Assembly: GCA_965216565.1 (NCBI GenBank)
Contig: OZ244170.1
Coordinates: forward strand, 3,392,001 to 3,456,000
Source: Bythopirellula sp.
Lineage (GTDB): Bacteria; Planctomycetota; Planctomycetia; Pirellulales; Lacipirellulaceae
Length of the DNA stretch: 64,000 nt
Direction: 5' to 3'
The position numbers and the translations under genes are program-made. Position 1 is the first letter of the stretch. Each line of letters starts with the position of its first letter. Below the pieces are notes generated by a model. That model was not told where the DNA came from and ran no database searches. It saw only the letters and a list, made by a program, of their open reading frames with translations. Positions 11,961 through 20,310 of the stretch are shown piece after piece.

Positions 11961-12013
11961 CCAATTCGAGCCTTGGCCATGCTAAGACCTGAAACGGCAC
12001 GCAAGCTCGACAC

Positions 12014-12232
12014 CTAGACGATTCTCAATTCGCTCTCGTCATCATCGTCATCCTTGTCATCGTCCTTCTTTCCTGATTTGGCCAGAACTACCTCTTCATC
12101 ATCGTCTTGGTCCTCGTCCTTCTTGCCCGACTTCACCAAGACAGCTGCGTCGTCCGCGGTCTCGAAGTGGTAGGCGTCTGCAAACAGAAACGAAAACATC
12201 AAAGTGCAAAGAACAATCCAGCCAATTTTCAT
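12014..12232 (-). CDS. Small secreted acidic protein with internal duplication
   Basis: GGAGA RBS, ATG 12232, signal peptide, two VL(V/A)KSGKK+(D/E)-rich units. Confidence 0.7.
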   Translation of the reverse strand: MKIGWIVLCTLMFSFLFADAYHFETADDAAVLVKSGKKDEDQDDDEEVVLAKSGKKDDDKDDDDDESELRIV

Positions 12233-12395
12233 CGGAATCTCCAAGTTTTAATTCGTACTATCATGTGTCATAGACAACCGCGTCAAAGGTGAACCGTGCA
12301 GTATAGTGCTTCACGGTTCCATTTTCCGCCCACTGAGCGGATTTCAAAGAATTTAGCTCACACAGATAATACTAACGTTCCCGGATCCCTAGCAA

Positions 12396-12411
12396 TGTTT
12401 GCAAATTCACA
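12396..12411. promoter_or_regulatory. Degenerate CRP-type box
   Basis: TGTTT-GCAAAT-TCACA (8/10) in the divergent spacer upstream of the DUF3179 gene. Confidence 0.35.
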
Positions 12412-12495
12412 GTTCACAGGCAGCGGTTCCATTTAAGCTAAGTCCGTTAGTCCCCGCAAATCCCTCCTGCAGGGCGACTTTCTGGAGAAGCTTGC

Positions 12496-13620
12496 ATGAT
12501 CTCAGCAGAAGATCACGAATCGGATCGATCCGATCCTACTATCCCAGCTAGCGACGCGGTCCATTCCGATTCCATGCCTAGGGCTCAGACGTTCTCTTTG
12601 TTGAGAATCACATTGACCGTGATCGGAGCGATGGCCATCATCGCGCCCCTCATCATTTACTTTGAGTCCGGGTACTTTGAATCCGGGAATGGACATTCTC
12701 CAGGACGAGGGCATCTCGGCGCTTCTTCTGGCGGATCGGGAATGAAAAACTCTCCGCCGTTCGATCTGTCGAACAGCACCGTGCCTGCGTCCCAGATTCG
12801 TCATGGCGGACCAGCCAAGGATGGGATCCCAGCGCTGTCCCGACCCAAATGGCTTACTGCCAGCGACGCCAGTTATCTAGGACCAGAAAATCGAGTAATT
12901 GGCGTCTCGGTCGGGGGCCAATCGCGTGCCTACCCCCTGCTGATCCTCAATTACCACGAAATCGTCAATGATCAGTTGGCGGATCAACCAGTGGCCGTGA
13001 CCTACTGCCCTCTGTGCGATTCAGCAGCAGCATTCGACCGCCGTACAGAACTTGGATTGCGCGAGTTCGGCGTTTCTGGGCTCCTGTTCAATAGCAATGT
13101 ACTGATGTACGACCGCACCAAGGATATTGAGAGCTTGTGGTCACAGGTTAAGGCAGAAGGCATATCAGGCCCCGGGGCAAATCGATCGCTCCGATCGATT
13201 CCCATAGAATTGACCACTTGGAAAGACTGGAAAACTCGACACCCGAATACAACGGTTCTTTCCCAAGAAACTGGTCACAATCGTCTTTATGCCCGGGATC
13301 CATATCATGGCTACCTCGAGAGATCTGAGTTGATGTTCCCCGCCGAGCCGCAAAGCGATCGATTGCCTGCGAAAGAGCGAGTCCTGGGAGTTTGGTCTGA
13401 GAACAAGTGGCGTGCCTATCCGCAATCGGAATTCAGTGCCAAGCACAAACGTGTGGAAGAAACTATCGAGGGCAGGCAACTAGTGGTCGAGTTTAATCCA
13501 GACGCGAATAGCCTGCGCGTCGCTAAGGCCGACAAGGGCATCCAGTGGATGTATTCGCTTTGGTTCGCCTGGTTTGCCATGCATCCGGAGACGGAGATCT
13601 ATCGAAGCGAATCCGATTGA
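12496..13620 (+). CDS. DUF3179 family protein
   Basis: GGPAKDGIPAL, RAYPLLILNYHEIVND, TYCPLC, GVSGLLFNSNVLMYDR..SLWSQ, FWFAW-like C-terminal LWFAWFAMHPET. Confidence 0.88.
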   Translation: MISAEDHESDRSDPTIPASDAVHSDSMPRAQTFSLLRITLTVIGAMAIIAPLIIYFESGYFESGNGHSPGRGHLGASSGGSGMKNSPPFDLSNSTVPASQIRHGGPAKDGIPALSRPKWLTASDASYLGPENRVIGVSVGGQSRAYPLLILNYHEIVNDQLADQPVAVTYCPLCDSAAAFDRRTELGLREFGVSGLLFNSNVLMYDRTKDIESLWSQVKAEGISGPGANRSLRSIPIELTTWKDWKTRHPNTTVLSQETGHNRLYARDPYHGYLERSELMFPAEPQSDRLPAKERVLGVWSENKWRAYPQSEFSAKHKRVEETIEGRQLVVEFNPDANSLRVAKADKGIQWMYSLWFAWFAMHPETEIYRSESD

Positions 13621-15230
13621 GGTTTCTCTCTACTCTGCCAATAAGCGGTAAGCCCCAGCGCGACCAGCCACGGTCCGTACTCGAGCCAGGTCAGCACAAA
13701 ATCGAAGAACTGCGGACCGTTGTATCCGGTCGCAAAGATGAGTTGTGCGCCCATGTGATAACGAAGATAGAACCGCAAGTAGTACAACAACGCAAGCCCG
13801 GAGACAGCCCACCACACTCGGTTTCGGGCAAACGGCAAGAAAGGGAGTGCCCACGTCCAGTACCAGGGATTCTGGGTAGGCGCGAGTAGCCAAAACCATG
13901 CAAGGGTAAGAAAGACCCCCTCCAACAGTAGTTCGGCACTGCCATGCCGATAAATATTTCTGGCAATAGCCATGGCAACAATTAGGAACACGCAACCGGT
14001 GAGCGCCCTGGTCACCAAAAATGCTGCGGTCTTTCTGTTGGTCCCCAGAGCTCTCGCAATCGGCGCAATGCACGCCTGTCGCCAAGCGTTTGGGACAACG
14101 GCGAACCAGACATCCGGCCGAGAAGAATTCTCCGCGACCGGACGGATGTTTTCGTAAACCAGCATGAACAAAAAATCATTCATCTCCCATTCTGTGAGAA
14201 AAGCCTTTAAGCCGGTTGTGTGTTCCATCTCTGCCGTCAGATTCGCCGGCGGAGCAGGTTTTGTCAGAAACATCGGCGCTAAGCAGATGGCAGCGAGCAC
14301 CATGGAACAGCTGAGATAGGTGATTGCGGAGCGAGTAGATACCTTGGCTGCTATGGCAGCTACTAAAACCGGTAATAGTACCACGGGGTAGAGCTTCGCG
14401 CCGATTGCCAACGTGGTTGTGAGGATGGCGCCAAAAAGTAACCAGAAATTCGATTTCGCTTTTTCTCTCAGCATCAATCGAACTACACAAGTCGCCGCAG
14501 CGAGGGAGAAAAACACCGCGATGGAATCGAGATGCCCGCTATTGGCAAATTCCTTCAGCACCAAGGGGCACCAAGCATAGGCTATCAACCAGCCTCGATG
14601 TCGTCCGATAGTTCGTAACAAGATCCCTAGCAAGACGATGGTTGCCAGGTCGAACAAGACTAGCACACTCTTGAGGATAGTGACCCGCTGTTCAATGTCG
14701 GCATCCTCGGGCGTAAGCACATCTCCGAGGGCAAAGACGGCCTGACTCACGGGTGGATAACACGTGGGCAGCTCAGCGAAGTGAATTCGATCGAGTACTT
14801 CGCTCAAATCAGCTGAGCTTCCCCGCAAATCGAACAACTGCTGGAGGTTGGCTGAATCGTGGATGGTGGCAACCGGCTCGCGTACTTGCTTTGGAGCGTA
14901 GCGATACGGATTCCCTCCCTCCGCGACGACCGCCCCATCCCATAAGTAGCGATATAGATCAAGTTCCTGAATCATGTGGCTGGGTAGCAGAACAGCTCTC
15001 AGCACGATGGCAACGACCACGATTAACCCTGCCAGCCTTGCCGAATCGTCGCACTTGAGTGCCGCAATCAACGAAAAGATGTAAACCGCGAAGCAACTAA
15101 CGATTAAAGCGAGAAAGACCAACAGCGGCCGCTCTTGTTCCACGGTGCCGTAGGCGAAATCACCGCTGAGCCACGCCAGCGCTCCGTAAAGCATCCCTTG
15201 AATAACAGCGAGAAACAGCAGGCTACGCAT
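13599..15230 (-). CDS. Polytopic GT-C glycosyltransferase (GT87/DUF2029-like)
   Basis: DLYRYLWDG, NPYRYAP, YPP, YAWCPLVLKEFANSGHLD, AKLYP, PWY motifs; many TM segments. Confidence 0.8.
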   Translation of the reverse strand: MRSLLFLAVIQGMLYGALAWLSGDFAYGTVEQERPLLVFLALIVSCFAVYIFSLIAALKCDDSARLAGLIVVVAIVLRAVLLPSHMIQELDLYRYLWDGAVVAEGGNPYRYAPKQVREPVATIHDSANLQQLFDLRGSSADLSEVLDRIHFAELPTCYPPVSQAVFALGDVLTPEDADIEQRVTILKSVLVLFDLATIVLLGILLRTIGRHRGWLIAYAWCPLVLKEFANSGHLDSIAVFFSLAAATCVVRLMLREKAKSNFWLLFGAILTTTLAIGAKLYPVVLLPVLVAAIAAKVSTRSAITYLSCSMVLAAICLAPMFLTKPAPPANLTAEMEHTTGLKAFLTEWEMNDFLFMLVYENIRPVAENSSRPDVWFAVVPNAWRQACIAPIARALGTNRKTAAFLVTRALTGCVFLIVAMAIARNIYRHGSAELLLEGVFLTLAWFWLLAPTQNPWYWTWALPFLPFARNRVWWAVSGLALLYYLRFYLRYHMGAQLIFATGYNGPQFFDFVLTWLEYGPWLVALGLTAYWQSREKPQSDSLR

Positions 15231-15238
15231 TGCAAAGA

Positions 15239-16081
15239 CTAGCTCTCAAGTTGCCGGGGCAGTGGAGAGTTCGGTTCACTTAGTCGTCGCAGCTCTTTTC
15301 GTCGTGGTCCGATTGCGTGCCTGGCGATGGTGTAGAGTATTTTGCCGCCCGCCTTAATCGTGCCCGAGAGCGTGCCACTGATCTTGCTTTGCCCGATGCG
15401 TTTTCGGTAAGGCACCGGGATCTCTTCAATTCGCAGCCCAGCCGCGACGGCCTTAATCTGCATCTCGATCGTCCAACCGAAATTGCGGTCGTCCATTCGC
15501 AGACGCTGGAGTGCGTCGTATCGAATCAGGCGAAAAGGCCCCAAGTCGGTGTAACGATGTCCCCAGATCCATCGCATGAGAAAACAGGCTAACCCGTTGC
15601 CTAGCACACTCTGCAGTGGCATCGCCCCTGGCTCGCGCTCACCCATCAATCGCGAGCCCAAGACCAGATCGGCACGGCCACGAAGAATTGGCTCGGCCAG
15701 CGAAGGCATCAAATGCACGTGATCGCTGTAGTCGGCATCGACAAACGCTACGATCTGCGGAGTTTCTAGTTTGCCCGATTCTATTGCACTTTCGATCGCA
15801 GCCAAACCGGCCAAACAAGCTGCTCCGTAACCCGCCTGCGGCTCATCGACCACCAGGGCCCCAGCCTCCCGGGCCAATTCTGCCGTGCGATCTGTAGAGC
15901 CATTGTTCGCAACAACCACTCGATCGACTACGGGCAAATCCCGCAGCACCAATGGCAACGAAGCTTGCTCATTACGTGCTGGAATGATGACCACCACACC
16001 AGCTAGATGGGGGGAGGCTGCGGTGGTTTCCGTACTGGAACACGCTGTAGATTCTGATCTGGTGTTCGACGTTACCGACAT
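15239..16081 (-). CDS. Glycosyltransferase family 2 (polyprenyl-phosphate sugar synthase-like)
   Basis: VIIPARNE, NNGSTD, DADYSD, VLGSR, TDLGPFR, GQSKISG. Confidence 0.9.
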   Translation of the reverse strand: MSVTSNTRSESTACSSTETTAASPHLAGVVVIIPARNEQASLPLVLRDLPVVDRVVVANNGSTDRTAELAREAGALVVDEPQAGYGAACLAGLAAIESAIESGKLETPQIVAFVDADYSDHVHLMPSLAEPILRGRADLVLGSRLMGEREPGAMPLQSVLGNGLACFLMRWIWGHRYTDLGPFRLIRYDALQRLRMDDRNFGWTIEMQIKAVAAGLRIEEIPVPYRKRIGQSKISGTLSGTIKAGGKILYTIARHAIGPRRKELRRLSEPNSPLPRQLES

Positions 16082-16125
16082 TCAATGCTCGCTGAGTAAT
16101 GAACGGCGGCTTCGTCGGTTCGCTT

Positions 16126-16365
16126 TTACCGCGTCCCCGAGCCACCATATCCGCCAGATGTTCCACTATAGGATGGCGTCGTACTGGAACCTTCGTAAGT
16201 GCCGGGAGCATAACTGGCTCCCGAGTACGTCGGTACGCTGCAGCTTCCGCCTGAACATCCACAACTTCCGTCGCGACATCCACGTGCTGAATAGCAGCCT
16301 GAAGTCCAAAGTGTCACAACCGCCAAACACGCCATTATTACACTAGAAGAAAAACCTCGCTTCAT
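16126..16365 (-). CDS. Small Cys/Gly/Ser/Tyr-rich lipoprotein
   Basis: signal ending in lipobox-like TSGC; upstream AAGGAAG; co-oriented with the GT2 gene. Confidence 0.65.
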   Translation of the reverse strand: MKRGFSSSVIMACLAVVTLWTSGCYSARGCRDGSCGCSGGSCSVPTYSGASYAPGTYEGSSTTPSYSGTSGGYGGSGTR

Positions 16366-16447
16366 GCCTGCTTCCTTTCGATATTAAACGCATCGTCGTT
16401 GGAAAGATAGAGAACTCATCTCATCGAACATCCTAAGTCCGATACTC

Positions 16448-16463
16448 TGTGGACTGCGTCACA
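16448..16463. promoter_or_regulatory. CRP-type box
   Basis: TGTGG-ACTGCG-TCACA (9/10) in a divergent spacer. Confidence 0.55.
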
Positions 16464-16668
16464 TTCGCACTGAAGATTACGGTTCCCACGGTCGAAAGTT
16501 CGCCAGCAGACACTAATCTTGTCAGAAGCCCAACGAACCGATCGCTAACAAGGGGCGGCTACGATAGTATTCAGTCGAAATGACGTCGGTGAGATTGACT
16601 ACACAAAGCCCCAAACCGATCATCTATGCTAGCGAACCGTAGGGTTCAAACCTAGTGAGAAGGGATTT

Positions 16669-17427
16669 ATGGGAAAGCTATTGCCAACAGAACATTGCGA
16701 AACTAGCCCGCTTAGCATCGATAGCAGTTGCCCATTGCTGGCAACAGTTTCAGTCGTCGTGCCGATCGGTCCGGGCGATGAATCGTGGCGTGAATTAATC
16801 GGCGATCTTCAACACTTACCCACCGATGCCGAAGTGATTCTTGTGGCCACTGCGGCGGAGCCAGAAGACTTTCAACGATTGGCTACGGTTCATAAATCAA
16901 CTTGCCCAGTGCATTGGATAGTGACCCAGGCAGGCCGTGCCCATCAGCTCAACGTGGGCGTGGACAGGGCCTTAGGCGACTTTGTTTGGCTGTTGCATGC
17001 CGATACTCGAGTTCCCATCGATGCCTTCCCGGCTTTGGAAGATGCACTCTCCTCCGGTGTCGAGGCGCTCTACTACTTCGATTTGCAATTCCGCCAAGAT
17101 GGGCCGTGGAACACGCGTTGGAATACGGGAGGGGTACGTTTTCGGTCTGAGTATTTGGGACTTCCTTTTGGAGATCAAGGTTTTTGCCTGAGTCGCGTTA
17201 TCCTGAATCGATTGGGCAACTTTGACGAGAGCGCCCCCTACGGCGAAGACCATCTACTGGTGTGGGCGGCGCGGAGAAACGGGGTGCCATTGCGACGTGT
17301 CGACGCAACGCTGACCACCAGCGCCCGCAAATACGCCAAGTCGGGTTGGGTGCGAACGACCCTCTTGCACCTCTGGCGAACCGCTCGGCAGGCGCTTCCC
17401 GAGTGGTGGAAGTACGTGCGGGGGTGA
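16669..17427 (+). CDS. Glycosyltransferase family 2, TIGR04283-like
   Basis: GRAHQLNVG, LHADT, LPFGDQG, GED, TTSARKY. Confidence 0.8.
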   Translation: MGKLLPTEHCETSPLSIDSSCPLLATVSVVVPIGPGDESWRELIGDLQHLPTDAEVILVATAAEPEDFQRLATVHKSTCPVHWIVTQAGRAHQLNVGVDRALGDFVWLLHADTRVPIDAFPALEDALSSGVEALYYFDLQFRQDGPWNTRWNTGGVRFRSEYLGLPFGDQGFCLSRVILNRLGNFDESAPYGEDHLLVWAARRNGVPLRRVDATLTTSARKYAKSGWVRTTLLHLWRTARQALPEWWKYVRG

Positions 17428-17428
17428 G

Positions 17429-18274
17429 TTACCAGTTGTAACGCACGAGATACCAGCCGTCGCCAAAAGACGTTTTACGCGATAGCATGTGGTCCCCGGA
17501 TAGTCCATTGTGAAATGAACTCGGCTGTGATTTATCTGGATGCCATTCGACATAATCTCCATATTCGCTCCCTGATAATAAGAAGCGGAGTGCACCCCCG
17601 TCAGAACGAATCACCTCGGTGAGTCTTACGTCACTTTCTGGTAACGAAGGTGAAATCAAAAGAATCAGAGTGTTAGGATTACTAATCGGATATGCCTTAT
17701 AGGGTCCGATTGTTGGCGACTTGCTATCCTGCGTCGGCCATTCGCTGTCCAACTCCTCGGCAATAGGCTTGAGGCGATCTACAAGCTTCTCAACTCTTGC
17801 TTGTTTCCCATACCAACTAATGCCGGGAAGACTTACCGTTAGACCTATGCTGAAGCATATTAGTGTCATGAATACGAATACTGACTTTAGGCTTCGATAT
17901 GGCTTGGGACCTCTCCAATATCCGTACACCAGCAGAAACAAGATGGTCAGTACTGCCCAGGTGACTGAATCAACTATAAGTCCGGGAGAGATTGCCGCTT
18001 GACTAGGATTGCGAGTATCGAGCTGGTCAAAAAGAATAGATTCTCCGGCCAATCTTCCTCCGAAATAGGCTTGTAGGTTTAGGCTAGCCAATTCGAACCT
18101 TGGATCGAGATAAGCCCAAATTGCAATGGCCACCAATAGGATAAACGCGATCGTCCACAAATGCCGCGGCCCACTGTCCAGCAAGAATCGCAATACTCCT
18201 CGCGGATAGCTAAGCCAGCGCGGAGTGCTTCCAGGGAGTTTTTTCGAATCAGTACTGTCGACAAGAACGGCCAT
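17429..18274 (-). CDS. Hypothetical membrane protein
   Basis: 281-aa ORF with three hydrophobic segments; visibly AT-richer than its neighbours. Confidence 0.65.
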   Translation of the reverse strand: MAVLVDSTDSKKLPGSTPRWLSYPRGVLRFLLDSGPRHLWTIAFILLVAIAIWAYLDPRFELASLNLQAYFGGRLAGESILFDQLDTRNPSQAAISPGLIVDSVTWAVLTILFLLVYGYWRGPKPYRSLKSVFVFMTLICFSIGLTVSLPGISWYGKQARVEKLVDRLKPIAEELDSEWPTQDSKSPTIGPYKAYPISNPNTLILLISPSLPESDVRLTEVIRSDGGALRFLLSGSEYGDYVEWHPDKSQPSSFHNGLSGDHMLSRKTSFGDGWYLVRYNW

Positions 18275-18332
18275 CCCTCTATTCTAGGCGCTCAAGTTGG
18301 CCCAGACGACAGCTAGATTTTGAGTCACCCCG

Positions 18333-18385
18333 TAGCCGCGACTCTACGAGCCGCCGGGCCCCGGCTAGCCGTAGGCGAGCGGCTA
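18333..18385. repeat. Inverted REP-like doublet (TAGCCGC...GCGGCTA)
   Basis: TAGCCGCGACTCTACGAGCCGCCGGG followed by an inverted copy ending GCGGCTA, which supplies the DUF547 stop codon. Confidence 0.6.
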
Positions 18386-19219
18386 ATTCGTCGAACTCTT
18401 GGACTGGTCATTCAGCCCCCAGTCGTAGTCCAGGTATTCCACCTCCGCTTTGCCGCTGGCGACAAAGCCGCGAACATCCTCCGGAACATACGGCGCAATC
18501 GTCTGGAGTTGCTCGGCAGTCGTTTTGCCGAAGTCCTCGGCGAACCAATCCAGAATCGGCGACACAGAGACTACATTTTCAGCTCGATTGACGCGAAACT
18601 TCTCGCGATCGGCAAAAAAGTGCTTCGCATTCGTGGTCAGCTGCGCGTCGAGCTTGGCCGTCTCGTAGGCTTCATTGAGCAATCGTGGGCAGCCGATCGA
18701 TGCACAAACTATCGCAAAGTGAATCCGCGGTTCGCCCAGCTTGCGGAGCACTTTGTGCTCCATGTCATTGAGCGAGTACGGCTTGCCTGCCACCAGCAGT
18801 TGCAGGTCGTCCCAAATGTTGTAGCCCCAGACTTTGGCTGTGTGATTGCGAATGCTGCTGGTAGGATACTCTCGCAAAATGCCTTGGACCGTTACCGCAT
18901 TGTAGGCATTGATCCAAAAAGCCAGCTTTACCTTCTTCTCAGTCTTTTCTGTGAACGAAGCTGGGGATAGATGATCGAGGTACCGGTCAAGAAGTTGCAC
19001 GTCCGCGGGAGTAGCTTTCCACTTCTTGTAGTCGACCATTCCGACCTTGTCTACGTACCTGGACAACAGCGCGTTCCAGCTCGAATGGTCGATCTTCTCC
19101 GCCGCAATCAATTGCGAGCCGCTGACCATCTCTCCGACCGTAACGGTTGCGGCCGATGCAGAAAGGCCCTGGGCTCCAAGCAGAGTGAATAGCAGCAATT
19201 GACTATAGCAACGTCTCAT
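18383..19219 (-). CDS. DUF547 family secreted protein
   Basis: signal peptide; LAFWINAYNA, SLNDMEH..LR, EPRIHFAIVCASIGCPRL, YDWGLN. Confidence 0.92.
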   Translation of the reverse strand: MRRCYSQLLLFTLLGAQGLSASAATVTVGEMVSGSQLIAAEKIDHSSWNALLSRYVDKVGMVDYKKWKATPADVQLLDRYLDHLSPASFTEKTEKKVKLAFWINAYNAVTVQGILREYPTSSIRNHTAKVWGYNIWDDLQLLVAGKPYSLNDMEHKVLRKLGEPRIHFAIVCASIGCPRLLNEAYETAKLDAQLTTNAKHFFADREKFRVNRAENVVSVSPILDWFAEDFGKTTAEQLQTIAPYVPEDVRGFVASGKAEVEYLDYDWGLNDQSKSSTN

Positions 19220-19418
19220 AGAACACTCTTTTCTCGATTGTTTCGGACGATTTTAGTTTCCTATTTCTCATAGGCCTACCCGTTTGTCGGGTCAGCCGCC
19301 TAAAACTTACAGAGAACTTTCGCCGGTAGAAATATCGGATCAGATGCACGTTCTTTGTTCCTCGGTGACTGTGATCCATTGCTATCAGCATAGGTTGCAA
19401 AAGGTTTCTGCGGTGTTG

Positions 19419-19434
19419 TGTGAGACACTTCACA
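19419..19434. promoter_or_regulatory. Perfect CRP-type box between the DUF547 and Crp genes
   Basis: (G)TGTGA-GACACT-TCACA(C). Confidence 0.75.
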
Positions 19435-19557
19435 CTGCAGGCAACATTTTCACTTGTGGCTTGTAAGAATGCGGCGAGACTGTCGTCTAGCTAACAGTTC
19501 TCAAGCTCCGACCCTGACCCATCAGAAAAACTGAAACTTCGACAAGGAACAAAACCC

Positions 19558-20310
19558 ATGGCTGACAGACTTTGGCATCTAAAAAACTGCGAGCTATTCC
19601 GGAAGCTTTCACCCGAAGAAACTGCCTATATCGAGAGCAATAGTTTCTCCCGCACCTACCCGGCCCGCAGTTCAGTTTACTTGCCTAACGAGAACGCCGA
19701 CGCTGTTTTCCTGGTGGCTGACGGAATGGTGAAGGTTTCCAGCTTGGGGTCGGACGGCAAAGAGTCAATTCTTACTTTCATTGGCCAGGGCGAAGTTTTC
19801 GGTGAATTAGCATTAATAGACGTGGGGTGTCGTGACGAATTGGTCGAAGCGGTGTCCCGGACGACCGTTGTGATGATCCCTGCTGAAATTATTCACCGTG
19901 TGATTGCCAGGCGTAGCGACTTGGCCCTTGCCGTGACCAAGCTCGTAGGCCTGCGTCGGCAACGAATCGAGCGCCGGTTGAAAAACTTGCTGTTCCAATC
20001 AAGCCGCGAACGCTTGATACACTTGCTCCTCGACCTAGAAGAACAGTTTGGCCAAGAAACGACAGACGGGATTCAACTCCGCCTGAAACTCTCGCATCAA
20101 GACATGGCCAATCTCATCGGCACCACTCGCGAAACTGTCACTGGAATCCTGGGCGACCTTCGCAACGAGAAGCTGGTTCAGTGCCAACGCTGCAAGGTGG
20201 TGCTAACCCAACCGGCTCGACTGGCCAAATGCGTTCACCGCGTCCATACGCGGAGACCCGCTGCGGCAGCACCCGTCTCCTATACCCAATCGGCCTGGGC
20301 TACTTCCTAG
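19558..20310 (+). CDS. Crp/Fnr family transcriptional regulator
   Basis: cNMP-binding domain with GEVFGELAL..R; HTH LSHQDMANLIGTTRETVT. Confidence 0.95.
   Translation: MADRLWHLKNCELFRKLSPEETAYIESNSFSRTYPARSSVYLPNENADAVFLVADGMVKVSSLGSDGKESILTFIGQGEVFGELALIDVGCRDELVEAVSRTTVVMIPAEIIHRVIARRSDLALAVTKLVGLRRQRIERRLKNLLFQSSRERLIHLLLDLEEQFGQETTDGIQLRLKLSHQDMANLIGTTRETVTGILGDLRNEKLVQCQRCKVVLTQPARLAKCVHRVHTRRPAAAAPVSYTQSAWATS

Noticed and set aside
16640..16655. TAGGGTTCAAACCTA, resembling a tRNA T-arm
   Set aside because: Isolated hairpin with no acceptor, D or anticodon arms.
18320..18970. 216-aa plus-strand ORF
   Set aside because: Antisense shadow of the DUF547 gene with no recognisable motifs.
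12496..19219. Selenocysteine read-through in DUF3179/DUF547 cluster genes
   Set aside because: The motifs are encoded as Cys (CPLC, CASIGCP) and the ORFs are full length with no internal TGA.
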